DNA of 64,000 nucleotides from Giardia intestinalis (Eukaryota): NCBI GenBank assembly GCA_000002435.2, contig CM018793.1; one strand, 5' to 3'. Shown piece by piece: positions 50,601 to 61,403 of this stretch (position 1 is its first letter; each line of letters starts with the position of its first letter). The notes under the pieces were generated by a model. It saw only the letters and a program-made list of their open reading frames with translations, ran no database searches and was not told where the DNA came from. The position numbers and the translations under genes were made by a program.

Positions 50601-53600
50601 CTATCGGTGGGTTGCAGTCCGTTTTCGGGACACACGTCTGCCCATTGTCTGACGGCTTGTGCGTGCTCTTGCAAGTGCAGATCCCTCCTACGTCGTCCGA
50701 GTTGGGGGGACATCCCGCTATGCAGCCCTTTCCGTTCGGCTGGACCTTCTGGTCGCCCGCCGTACAGCCCGTGCAGGTCTGTCCGTCACCCGTGCCGGTG
50801 CACGTGCTACAGCCGTCTATCGGTGGGTTGCAGTCCGTTTTCGGGACACACGTCTGCCCATTGTCTGACGGCTTGTGCGTGCTCTTGCAAGTGCAGATCC
50901 CTCCTACGTCGTCCGAGTTGGGGGGACATCCCGCTATGCAGCCCTTTCCGTTCGGCTGGACCTTCTGGTCGCCCGCCGTACAGCCCGTGCAGGTCTGTCC
51001 GTCACCCGTGCCGGTGCACGTGCTACAGCCGTCTATCGGTGGGTTGCAGTCCGTTTTCGGGACACACGTCTGCCCATTGTCTGACGGCTTGTGCGTGCTC
51101 TTGCAAGTGCAGATCCCTCCTACGTCGTCCGAGTTGGGGGGACATCCCGCTATGCAGCCCTTTCCGTTCGGCTGGACCTTCTGGTCGCCCGCCGTACAGC
51201 CCGTGCAGGTCTGTCCGTCACCCGTGCCGGTGCACGTGCTACAGCCGTCTATCGGTGGGTTGCAGTCCGTTTTCGGGACACACGTCTGCCCATTGTCTGA
51301 CGGCTTGTGCGTGCTCTTGCAAGTGCAGATCCCTCCTACGTCGTCCGAGTTGGGGGGACATCCCGCTATGCAGCCCTTTCCGTTCGGCTGGACCTTCTGG
51401 TCGCCCGCCGTACAGCCCGTGCAGGTCTGTCCGTCACCCGTGCCGGTGCACGTGCTACAGCCGTCTATCGGTGGGTTGCAGTCCGTTTTCGGGACACACG
51501 TCTGCCCATTGTCTGACGGCTTGTGCGTGCTCTTGCAAGTGCAGATCCCTCCTACGTCGTCCGAGTTGGGGGGACATCCCGCTATGCAGCCCTTTCCGTT
51601 CGGCTGGACCTTCTGGTCGCCCGCCGTACAGCCCGTGCAGGTCTGTCCGTCACCCGTGCCGGTGCACGTGCTACAGCCGTCTATCGGTGGGTTGCAGTCC
51701 GTTTTCGGGACACACGTCTGCCCATTGTCTGACGGCTTGTGCGTGCTCTTGCAAGTGCAGATCCCTCCTACGTCGTCCGAGTTGGGGGGACATCCCGCTA
51801 TGCAGCCCTTTCCGTTCGGCTGGACCTTCTGGTCGCCCGCCGTACAGCCCGTGCAGGTCTGTCCGTCACCCGTGCCGGTGCACGTGCTACAGCCGTCTAT
51901 CGGTGGGTTGCAGTCCGTTTTCGGGACACACGTCTGCCCATTGTCTGACGGCTTGTGCGTGCTCTTGCAAGTGCAGATCCCTCCTACGTCGTCCGAGTTG
52001 GGGGGACATCCCGCTATGCAGCCCTTTCCGTTCGGCTGGACCTTCTGGTCGCCCGCCGTACAGCCCGTGCAGGTCTGTCCGTCACCCGTGCCGGTGCACG
52101 TGCTACAGCCGTCTATCGGTGGGTTGCAGTCCGTTTTCGGGACACACGTCTGCCCATTGTCTGACGGCTTGTGCGTGCTCTTGCAAGTGCAGATCCCTCC
52201 TACGTCGTCCGAGTTGGGGGGACATCCCGCTATGCAGCCCTTTCCGTTCGGCTGGACCTTCTGGTCGCCCGCCGTACAGCCCGTGCAGGTCTGTCCGTCA
52301 CCCGTGCCGGTGCACGTGCTACAGCCGTCTATCGGTGGGTTGCAGTCCGTTTTCGGGACACACGTCTGCCCATTGTCTGACGGCTTGTGCGTGCTCTTGC
52401 AAGTGCAGATCCCTCCTACGTCGTCCGAGTTGGGGGGACATCCCGCTATGCAGCCCTTTCCGTTCGGCTGGACCTTCTGGTCGCCCGCCGTACAGCCCGT
52501 GCAGGTCTGTCCGTCACCCGTGCCGGTGCACGTGCTACAGCCGTCTATCGGTGGGTTGCAGTCCGTTTTCGGGACACACGTCTGCCCATTGTCTGACGGC
52601 TTGTGCGTGCTCTTGCAAGTGCAGATCCCTCCTACGTCGTCCGAGTTGGGGGGACATCCCGCTATGCAGCCCTTTCCGTTCGGCTGGACCTTCTGGTCGC
52701 CCGCCGTACAGCCCGTGCAGGTCTGTCCGTCACCCGTGCCGGTGCACGTGCTACAGCCGTCTATCGGTGGGTTGCAGTCCGTTTTCGGGACACACGTCTG
52801 CCCATTGTCTGACGGCTTGTGCGTGCTCTTGCAAGTGCAGATCCCTCCTACGTCGTCCGAGTTGGGGGGACATCCCGCTATGCAGCCCTTTCCGTTCGGC
52901 TGGACCTTCTGGTCGCCCGCCGTACAGCCCGTGCAGGTCTGTCCGTCACCCGTGCCGGTGCACGTGCTACAGCCGTCTATCGGTGGGTTGCAGTCCGTTT
53001 TCGGGACACACGTCTGCCCATTGTCTGACGGCTTGTGCGTGCTCTTGCAAGTGCAGATCCCTCCTACGTCGTCCGAGTTGGGGGGACATCCCGCTATGCA
53101 GCCCTTTCCGTTCGGCTGGACCTTCTGGTCGCCCGCCGTACAGCCCGTGCAGGTCTGTCCGTCACCCGTGCCGGTGCACGTGCTACAGCCGTCTATCGGT
53201 GGGTTGCAGTCCGTTTTCGGGACACACGTCTGCCCATTGTCTGACGGCTTGTGCGTGCTCTTGCAAGTGCAGATCCCTCCTACGTCGTCCGAGTTGGGGG
53301 GACATCCCGCTATGCAGCCCTTTCCGTTCGGCTGGACCTTCTGGTCGCCCGCCGTACAGCCCGTGCAGGTCTGTCCGTCACCCGTGCCGGTGCACGTGCT
53401 ACAGCCGTCTATCGGTGGGTTGCAGTCCGTTTTCGGGACACACGTCTGCCCATTGTCTGACGGCTTGTGCGTGCTCTTGCAAGTGCAGATCCCTCCTACG
53501 TCGTCCGAGTTGGGGGGACATCCCGCTATGCAGCCCTTTCCGTTCGGCTGGACCTTCTGGTCGCCCGCCGTACAGCCCGTGCAGGTCTGTCCGTCACCCG

Positions 53601-54570
53601 TGCCGGTGCACGTGCTACAGCCGTCTATCGGTGGGTTGCAGTCCGTTTTCGGGACACACGTCTGCCCATTGTCTGACGGCTTGTGCGTGCTCTTGCAAGT
53701 GCAGATCCCTCCTACGTCGTCCGAGTTGGGGGGACATCCCGCTATGCAGCCCTTTCCGTTCGGCTGGACCTTCTGGTCGCCCGCCGTACAGCCCGTGCAG
53801 GTCTGTCCGTCACCCGTGCCGGTGCACGTGCTACAGCCGTCTATCGGTGGGTTGCAGTCCGTTTTCGGGACACACGTCTGCCCATTGTCTGACGGCTTGT
53901 GCGTGCTCTTGCAAGTGCAGATCCCTCCTACGTCGTCCGAGTTGGGGGGACATCCCGCTATGCAGCCCTTTCCGTTCGGCTGGACCTTCTGGTCGCCCGC
54001 CGTACAGCCCGTGCAGGTCTGTCCGTCACCCGTGCCGGTGCACGTGCTACAGCCGTCTATCGGTGGGTTGCAGTCCGTTTTCGGGACACACGTCTGCCCA
54101 TTGTCTGACGGCTTGTGCGTGCTCTTGCAAGTGCAGATCCCTCCTACGTCGTCCGAGTTGGGGGGACATCCCGCTATGCAGCCCTTTCCGTTCGGCTGGA
54201 CCTTCTGGTCGCCCGCCGTACAGCCCGTGCAGGTCTGTCCGTCACCCGTGCCGGTGCACGTGCTACAGCCGTCTATCGGTGGGTTGCAGTCCGTTTTCGG
54301 GACACACGTCTGCCCATTGTCTGACGGCTTGTGCGTGCTCTTGCAAGTGCAGATCCCTCCTACGTCGTCCGAGTTGGGGGGACATCCCGCTATGCAGCCC
54401 TTTCCGTTCGGCTGGACCTTCTGGTCGCCCGCCGTACAGCCCGTGCAGGTCTGTCCGTCACCCGTGCCGGTGCACGTGCTACAGCCGTCTATCGGTGGGT
54501 TGCAGTCCGTTGCCTTTGCCATGTTCTTTGCTAGCACTATCGTGCATATCAAAGGGATTACTGATAACAT
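47689..54570 (-). CDS. VSP-like surface protein, 2293 aa, with 31 identical tandem copies of the 72-aa Cys-rich repeat
   Basis: Same N-terminus and CRGKA tail as the left copy. Antisense 69-aa ORFs recur every 216 nt from 47851 to 54331 (31 copies). The translated repeat is identical in every unit. Confidence 0.85.
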   Translation of the reverse strand: MLSVIPLICTIVLAKNMAKATDCNPPIDGCSTCTGTGDGQTCTGCTAGDQKVQPNGKGCIAGCPPNSDDVGGICTCKSTHKPSDNGQTCVPKTDCNPPIDGCSTCTGTGDGQTCTGCTAGDQKVQPNGKGCIAGCPPNSDDVGGICTCKSTHKPSDNGQTCVPKTDCNPPIDGCSTCTGTGDGQTCTGCTAGDQKVQPNGKGCIAGCPPNSDDVGGICTCKSTHKPSDNGQTCVPKTDCNPPIDGCSTCTGTGDGQTCTGCTAGDQKVQPNGKGCIAGCPPNSDDVGGICTCKSTHKPSDNGQTCVPKTDCNPPIDGCSTCTGTGDGQTCTGCTAGDQKVQPNGKGCIAGCPPNSDDVGGICTCKSTHKPSDNGQTCVPKTDCNPPIDGCSTCTGTGDGQTCTGCTAGDQKVQPNGKGCIAGCPPNSDDVGGICTCKSTHKPSDNGQTCVPKTDCNPPIDGCSTCTGTGDGQTCTGCTAGDQKVQPNGKGCIAGCPPNSDDVGGICTCKSTHKPSDNGQTCVPKTDCNPPIDGCSTCTGTGDGQTCTGCTAGDQKVQPNGKGCIAGCPPNSDDVGGICTCKSTHKPSDNGQTCVPKTDCNPPIDGCSTCTGTGDGQTCTGCTAGDQKVQPNGKGCIAGCPPNSDDVGGICTCKSTHKPSDNGQTCVPKTDCNPPIDGCSTCTGTGDGQTCTGCTAGDQKVQPNGKGCIAGCPPNSDDVGGICTCKSTHKPSDNGQTCVPKTDCNPPIDGCSTCTGTGDGQTCTGCTAGDQKVQPNGKGCIAGCPPNSDDVGGICTCKSTHKPSDNGQTCVPKTDCNPPIDGCSTCTGTGDGQTCTGCTAGDQKVQPNGKGCIAGCPPNSDDVGGICTCKSTHKPSDNGQTCVPKTDCNPPIDGCSTCTGTGDGQTCTGCTAGDQKVQPNGKGCIAGCPPNSDDVGGICTCKSTHKPSDNGQTCVPKTDCNPPIDGCSTCTGTGDGQTCTGCTAGDQKVQPNGKGCIAGCPPNSDDVGGICTCKSTHKPSDNGQTCVPKTDCNPPIDGCSTCTGTGDGQTCTGCTAGDQKVQPNGKGCIAGCPPNSDDVGGICTCKSTHKPSDNGQTCVPKTDCNPPIDGCSTCTGTGDGQTCTGCTAGDQKVQPNGKGCIAGCPPNSDDVGGICTCKSTHKPSDNGQTCVPKTDCNPPIDGCSTCTGTGDGQTCTGCTAGDQKVQPNGKGCIAGCPPNSDDVGGICTCKSTHKPSDNGQTCVPKTDCNPPIDGCSTCTGTGDGQTCTGCTAGDQKVQPNGKGCIAGCPPNSDDVGGICTCKSTHKPSDNGQTCVPKTDCNPPIDGCSTCTGTGDGQTCTGCTAGDQKVQPNGKGCIAGCPPNSDDVGGICTCKSTHKPSDNGQTCVPKTDCNPPIDGCSTCTGTGDGQTCTGCTAGDQKVQPNGKGCIAGCPPNSDDVGGICTCKSTHKPSDNGQTCVPKTDCNPPIDGCSTCTGTGDGQTCTGCTAGDQKVQPNGKGCIAGCPPNSDDVGGICTCKSTHKPSDNGQTCVPKTDCNPPIDGCSTCTGTGDGQTCTGCTAGDQKVQPNGKGCIAGCPPNSDDVGGICTCKSTHKPSDNGQTCVPKTDCNPPIDGCSTCTGTGDGQTCTGCTAGDQKVQPNGKGCIAGCPPNSDDVGGICTCKSTHKPSDNGQTCVPKTDCNPPIDGCSTCTGTGDGQTCTGCTAGDQKVQPNGKGCIAGCPPNSDDVGGICTCKSTHKPSDNGQTCVPKTDCNPPIDGCSTCTGTGDGQTCTGCTAGDQKVQPNGKGCIAGCPPNSDDVGGICTCKSTHKPSDNGQTCVPKTDCNPPIDGCSTCTGTGDGQTCTGCTAGDQKVQPNGKGCIAGCPPNSDDVGGICTCKSTHKPSDNGQTCVPKTDCNPPIDGCSTCTGTGDGQTCTGCTAGDQKVQPNGKGCIAGCPPNSDDVGGICTCKSTHKPSDNGQTCVPKTDCNPPIDGCSTCTGTGDGQTCTGCTAGDQKVQPNGKGCIAGCPPNSDDVGGICTCKSTHKPSDNGQTCVPKTDCNPPIDGCSTCTGTGDGQTCTGCTAGDQKVQPNGKGCIAGCPPNSDDVGGICTCKSTHKPSDNGQTCVPKTDCNPPIDGCSTCTGTGDGQTCTGCTAGDQKVQPNGKGCIAGCPPNSDDVGGICTCKSTHKPSDNGQTCVPKTDCNPPIDGCSTCTGTGDGQTCTGCTAGDQKVQPNGKGCIAGCPPNSDDVGGICTCKSTHKPSDNGQTCVPSNTNKSSGLSTGAIAGIAVAAVIVVGGLVGFLCWWFLCRGKA
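47815..54510. repeat. Perfect tandem array, 31 x 216 bp (6696 bp)
   Basis: Period-216 recurrence of identical sequence. All three + frames and the - coding frame stay open across the array. Confidence 0.9.
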
Positions 54571-57500
54571 TAAAGTCTAGAACTCATGTTTAATTGCCAT
54601 TTTCCTTTAACCTAATCTCTGAACCAATCTAGTAACAATGAAGAAAACATAAAACTATTGATCTTATATAAGTCAGGTAAAGCAACGAAAGTGAAAACAA
54701 AGGTATGCTATGTCGAGAATGGCCTACTGCATAGGTCTGTCTTTGACCTAAAGGAGTAGAGTTGTTAACATAAAATTAAAAGCAAGTTATAATATTTTAT
54801 GGGATCCTTAACTAGTCGTTTGTATATAGCTTCATCAGTACTGCTCTTGTATTTGAGCTTCGCTTATCATGGGAGGGAATAAAACTCACACAATAGTATG
54901 CACATTAGCGCTAGGTGTAGATTTTTACAGTTTCCCCGTGGAATATAGTCAAAAACCTCCAAGCAAACATTTCGTGCCTCTTTCGAAAATAGAAACGGAA
55001 AGCTAAGAGTGCCACTACGCGACGCCGAGTTCCCGTCATGTTTTGCTTCTCAGTCGACACGGGTGGCCTTGCAACCTTACTTGTATCAACTATCCACTAA
55101 TCCCCTTGCCTACTGGGGGCTTTTCCTCCTCAGCATTTTCTGCATAGACTGGCATCCTCTTAATCCGATTAGTTGGTATTCTCGGCTGTACTCTAGTGTC
55201 GTTCTTCCTGATTAAGATGGGCTAGAACGCTCTGCTCACCGTAGGAGAGATGTGTCAAAAAAGAAATATAAGCCAAGACTGCGTCTAGTGCCTGTGATCA
55301 CCTTACGGTAGCGGATCAGGCTTCAGACAATTCGCATCGCCTGACGCATAGCTTTTGCTTTCTGTCTATAAATTGAACATGACTCAGTTCTATTTAATAG
55401 AATTACTGGCAGTAGGTAAAGTATTGTAATGAGTACTGAGCCAAAAAAGGTACAAATCTAAACAATCCATATTCGCAGATGCAAGATCTACCGGCCAAGA
55501 ACTCTAGTTACGTGCTTGTTAAGATTATGTGCAGCAAGTACACCATAAAGGTGTTTACATGATCCTTGAGCTTAGTACAAGTCGCTTTATGATGAGATTA
55601 GTGCAGGAAGAGATGTTTGTCACTGGGAGTACACTTGCCTGTGTTCTGTAAACACAATGAGGCGAGCTATGTGAAAGTACGTAGGCTCCACACAGACCTG
55701 TCATGGTATAATTACATGTCACTAAAACGTGAATTGTGCACCATCAGCCGGCAACAGAATCTGTGATACATAAGTGTTATAGCCTGGCGTGTCTCAAAAA
55801 AGATATAATCACTGCAATAATGCATTTCACAGACCAGAACAAGAGATAGACATCCCTGACTCTATAGAAAAGACAAGTCCTTGGAAGTTAGCTGAATTAC
55901 AGCTAATCTCCAATTCAAAAGCTCTAATGAATGATTACATCGACTTCGGTAGTAGACTCAATAGAGGATTATCAGGGCAAGGCTTCTACCCATTTGGCTG
56001 GGATGGCAGGGGTGATAACCAGAATTCAGTATTGGCTCAGAGTTTCCTAGTAGAGCTGATTCCATGGGGAAAGGCCAATATGAAGTAAGGTATTCCTATG
56101 AAGCAAGGTAATTGTACGTTGAATTGAAAAACATGCTTCTGAGGAAGCATCTCCAGGTAGCATAATTTCTAGAGCTTAGTATAGACAAACTTTACATTTT
56201 GACGTCTTAGCACTAGCATCACTACAAGACGTATGTCCCGGAGTCATGGACATTGCGAGGGTATCGGTCGCTGGGGTGATCTAGTAAGGCACCTATAAGT
56301 ACAATAGATTTTTATGTGGTAGAAGCGTTCAAGCCTCCAAGATCTTCGGAATAGACCTTCACAGGAACACGGATGAAAATAGGCCTCGATCCACTTTCTT
56401 ATTTTGCGAGACTATTCAAGCACTCGATCCTAACAAAGGATTACAAAAACATACAAGAGTTGGACTGCTATAAATCTCGGCACGTTAATACCCTTGTTCT
56501 TTTTATCCATGGCCCCTGTGCCTTGTTGTCTGACTTATGATATGGCACTGCAGGATTGCCATCACAATGTTAGACCTAGAAGTTTTTAGCAGTAAATCCC
56601 AGATACTACGATAGCATTGGAGTGCACAGAAGCATATAAAGCTTGCACTAGATGTGGTGATCTCTCGAGATAGTCCTGCAAGATCAACCGCGATGGTGGA
56701 AGCTGGTTACTGTTACATGAGTTAGTTGATGGGCATATATCGCTGCCAATGATAGAGTTAGCAACATGATATTCAGTAATCTTAAGAGCTACTAAATATA
56801 TATTACATATATGGTAAACATAAACCTCTTAAGATAGGCAACCGTTAGAATGATAATTTTGAGATAGATCTTCCCAGACTCAAAGATGAAACAGCATAGA
56901 TAGAGCCATAAGACAAGCCTGATGAAAAGCTCGAGGGATCTAATATGTAAAGCAACGTGGATGTATGGATCTGATAGCTCTTTTTCTTCTAGCAATAATA
57001 GAATTACAGACATCGAAAACTGGCTAAGGATTATCCATCGCTGCTAATGTGCTCACGAGATACCCCTGGGAATACCTGGAAATGGAGACTGAGGCCCATG
57101 TAAGGCAATAAAAAGGTTATGCATTCCAACAAGATCGCTAGTAACAAATATAGTGTACATCTTATATGTACGGTAGAACAGCAGATAGCATAGTGCTACT
57201 CCACCATGTCTCTTTGAAGCCTAAAGAATCAAAAGATAAAACTGATCCTCTCTCTAATTACTTAGGGATGCAACTCTTATGACCTTCGCAATCACAGCAG
57301 TAACATGCTTGCCTTATGTCTATTCCAGTTTGGTGTAATTCCCTCTGGATGTGTGGATACAGCTGTGGTCTAGGTTATTCCTTAAGTCACTTGGATCGGT
57401 TCGACAATCTAGGTATTCATCCATATCACCACGTTGTCAGCAAGCTTAACAACGTACTCTATCTTTGGGCCCATCTTTAGAGTTGTTGATGTTAGAGGAG

Positions 57501-60500
57501 GGACGAGATCGAAAAAAAGCCCCTGGTCCCTTCTATATGGTAGATTTTACTACATCGTGCTTGGTTATAATGTGTTATACTATATAATCGAGTAACTACA
57601 ACTCAAAAGGTATTAGTCATGCCTGGTGCACTTTTACGTTAACCTTATATGTGCGTTGGACTGCTCTTTGTATAGTTCTGAGAGTGCACAATGCATGCCT
57701 GATGAGTAGGCAATAGCATAAGTTGCAATATTATCTCAGTCTGACTACTCTGTGCTTAGTTCTTAAAGTCCTAGATGAAGTACGCACAGCTTACTCTACA
57801 GGGTATCTAGCCACGGAGCTGTTATTACTAAGCAAAAAGCAACAGGTAATAAAGGGCATAGAAGGAAGGTTGTCACACTCTTCCTACCAGAAATAGATAC
57901 TTTATCCTATGGAAACAACACCATGTAGCTAAATCAGAGATACCAGAGAACTATTGACCTAAGTTCCCTTCTAATACAAAGGTGCTGATTTCGATCTCAG
58001 TAACGTGTATGAACAGTTCAGATAGAAAATCCAATAAGGCTGCACTTCTTATGGTAAACCAGCAAGCTACCATTTTTAGGGTGTGCTAGAAAATCTATGC
58101 AGTGCCCTTTTATATGACATTAACGCACCTGGTGCATACCGCAAAGAATAATACATAACACTAGCGGAATTCAGGCTATCGACTGGCTTAAAACTGCAGC
58201 AAAGGGTTAGCTAATCACTGTGCACATTCATTTAAGATAGATAATGCTACGCTTCGATCGTAAGACCTGTTGATACTTTCTTTATAGTCCTTTCTTATGA
58301 GGTATGCCAGCTAGTCTACGCCCGTGTACTGGACCAGTGGATAGAAAATTGGCCTTTCCAGAGATGCAACTACCAAGACAGCTTGAAAAGTAGGGCCTAA
58401 AGGGCTATGCTTTTTGGTGTGACCCGCTGGGTCTTTAAACCCCCAATAAAGCCAAACTATTTTGTACTTGGCCTATAGAGCTGTTTTTCACTCTATGCCA
58501 TCGGCTGGAGAAAGATATTGCATGGTTCTGTAATTCTGCATTTCCTTAAATCGGTTTCCAATTCTATGATGGGTAGGTAATACTGGTTCAATTCTCTAAT
58601 TGGTGCACGTTTTTGTAAAGATATAACATGCCTTATGCACTGCCATTCTAATATTATTGATTCTTTGCACATCCTTGCTATAGGCCGTAAGATCTATGAA
58701 AGCAAGTGAGCCACTATGCTAGTGTACTATGGCACTAGCTTAAGATGATCGCCTCTGGGGTTGTTACAAAGCCTCTGGCATACTTCGTCTCTCAATTGCA
58801 CAAGTATCGTTTTTCAGAAGGCGTGGCACGGTCCAGGATACCTTAGACTATTATGCTATGTCACTTCCTAGAATAGCTTACAAGTGAGTACTACCTGAAA
58901 TAATATCGACCCAGTACGCTAATCTGGTGGTTGCAGGGAATTCTGGATGGGTTCTTCGACTATTGCAATCGAAAGTATGCCGGGGTACTTATTATTGGCA
59001 CGCTTACCTAGGCTGTCATATCTCATTCTCCGCCTATGAAGTCAGTTGCAGACATGCAAAATAGCAGCTTCTGTGCCTGACTATGGGCATTGTCAACTAT
59101 TCATCTTCGAGCCTTAAGCCCGCGGGTTCTAGCTTGCCTCGTGTGAAGTGCGGGTCTTTGTTTCCCAAACGCTATACGCTACGTGCACATGCGAAAGCTA
59201 CTATAGACCAGGCTGCTTAGTTATCCCAACATATTTGAATCTTTATCGAAAAGAGTAAATACTCTATGCAATTAGTTCTCCAGTTGCTTACTTTGTACGC
59301 GAGTAGCATAATGTCTTGATTTCGATAGGACCCACTTCTGATATACTGTAAGTGTTATACGCTAGGTGTGAAGAGCACAGAAAGGTAAATATATCAGATT
59401 TCTGGCTAGCTCGTTTAGCGTTAGGTGTATCGCAGATTCTACTAGAGGAATGGTATCACCGTAAATGTTTGCTCATTAATCTTGCTCCTGTAGTGACTCG
59501 TCTCTGCCCTGGACTAGCGACATTCGGGTTTTCAGCATGACATGTGCTACGATACTTTGTTAGCCAGTGACTTGCTCCGCCTTTCTGCATAAATTAGCAG
59601 CATCTACCAGACATCATAGCCTGCGCCTGTATCTATTTGCTGCTGACTGGCATCGTTTGCTCGATAAAGTTATTGACATAGTCTGTACATAGCTAGAGCA
59701 TGCATGCTTGAGCTTATCTCATCTAGCGACCTAGAAGCACAGGACATGCATTGCATGCAGATTAGCACAAGCTGTGTTGCCTTGCCATGTCTCATTAGAT
59801 GTCTTCCCTGACACAATAGTTGTAGAATTCATGGTTACATCGCCAAAGAAGAGACTGGACTGGGGCCGTCCGGGTAGATGAGCAGGCCATCATGGCTAGA
59901 GCTCGCTGTTCATCCCACTTTAGGAGATATCTTGATCAGTATGGACAGACCATGGCAGCTACCTGCTTCTTATGCTGTACGGGCGTATCTGGTGCAGACT
60001 CAGTGTGTGTTGACAAGTCTTTTCCGGATATGCAGGTATCGGTTTATCTACGCCCTTCCATAGGCTGTCCTTCTCTGACGTTTGTGCGTCGTTTGTACAG
60101 CGTCTAGCCGGATTCTGCCTGTTTCGTGGCAGACCCCACTAGAAACCAACAGCATCCCTGACTACAAAAGGTGCCTATCAGAGCTTGGCCTGCGGCCTGT
60201 TTGTTCCAACTCCGCGTCTTCCGCTCCTTCTGGTCCAACGAAATGCACGCCTGCTCCCCCGGAAGACAGCTGGACCGCGGCTGTGTGCAGGGTACGTTGC
60301 CGGGCCCGCTTCTGCCTTCAGCTGCAAAGGCCTGGACGGGCCCCCGCTCCAGGAGGGTCTGGGCCCATTCGGCCAGGTGGCCCCGCGTCCGCTAGGGGGT
60401 CGGCTTGGACTGTTACTCTAGTGAAGCTTCTTGCAAATAGGGTGTGTTCGCACTGGCACTACAGAGTAGCTATAGCCTTATATCGTTCTAGGTTGCTTGC

Positions 60501-60786
60501 TAAGCAGGCCTGTTTTAATTCCTCTGTACATAGATAGGAAATATGCCCTCTTACTGTACAACTGACTGTTTTTACCTATAAGAACGTGGCAACAAGCTCT
60601 TGATTCAAGTCGAAATCATATGGCTTTTGGGTAGCGTTGTAAACAGCCCCTTCAAAAAGGCACAGGCCACCACATCCATCTAAACCTTCCTCACTCAACT
60701 AAGGTGCTGTAAATTGCCATTACTTTGTAGTAAAAGTGGGGTCTCTGATATCCTTTGACAGAATTTCAAGTCTTAAATAAATCTTC

Positions 60787-61323
60787 ATGGTGTCTTTTCA
60801 TAGAAGAATGAATGCTGACGATCTGTTTTCTGTTACACACATCCAGAACGACCCCTTTACCGTCACTTTCAACCCACGATTCTACAATACTTACCTTTCC
60901 AGATTTGCAGAGCAATGCTATGTCTATTCCTCAGCAACCGGTGGGATCAAGGGCTACATGATTGCTAAGGACGAAGGATATGCCGAAAAGAATGAGTACC
61001 ACGTTCACATTAGTGCAGTGACTGTCGCACCAGAATATAGGCGCCAGGGCGTCTCCCGCTCTCTCATTGACCGCCTCGAAAACGACATTGGAAGAGCATT
61101 TAACTGCACCTTCTGCGATCTCTTCGTAAAGGCCACAAATTCCACCGCAATCTCCGTCTATCAGAATCTGAACTACGTTGTGTACCGGAGGATCAGGAAG
61201 TATTACGATAAAGAAGACGGACTCGATATGCGACACTCGCTATTCGCCGATCCCACACGTGTCAGTGAGCGCACACCAAAGGGCCAGGGGATCATAAATA
61301 AATGGATAGACTATCCTTTGTAA
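60787..61323 (+). CDS. NAA20: N-alpha-acetyltransferase 20 (NatB catalytic subunit), GNAT family
   Basis: MNADDLFSVTHIQNDPFTVTF / HVHISAVTVAPEYRRQGVSRSLI / FCDLFVKATNSTAISVYQNLNYVVYR / LDMRHSL align to the Naa20/Nat3 consensus (FTCDDLFRFNNINLDPLTETY, HGHVTALSVAPEFRRLGLA, FVDLFVRVSNQVAVNMYKQLGYSVYR, YDMRKAL). Confidence 0.85.
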   Translation: MVSFHRRMNADDLFSVTHIQNDPFTVTFNPRFYNTYLSRFAEQCYVYSSATGGIKGYMIAKDEGYAEKNEYHVHISAVTVAPEYRRQGVSRSLIDRLENDIGRAFNCTFCDLFVKATNSTAISVYQNLNYVVYRRIRKYYDKEDGLDMRHSLFADPTRVSERTPKGQGIINKWIDYPL

Positions 61324-61403
61324 ACATTTATCCGATTGCCTTTTGAAAGCGATCTACCATTGCTCGCGTAAACTTACCCGAAAGAGTATAGTACGCAGTT
61401 ACT

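Larger units (their letters stand above)
47207..60411. repeat. Right arm of giant inverted repeat (13205 bp = left arm + 29 x 216 bp)
   Basis: See left arm. 13205 - 6941 = 6264 = 29 x 216 exactly. Confidence 0.85.

Noticed and set aside
47815-54510. Regular repeats considered as a CRISPR-like array
   Set aside because: Units are contiguous and identical with no unique spacers. The period is 216 bp. The array is protein-coding in a eukaryote.
47696-54593. Two >2100-aa plus-strand ORFs (and 31 x 69-aa ORFs) across the tandem array
   Set aside because: These are frame openness caused by a perfect 216-bp (72-codon) period. Only the minus-strand frame has a signal peptide, CxxC units and the VSP TM/CRGKA tail.
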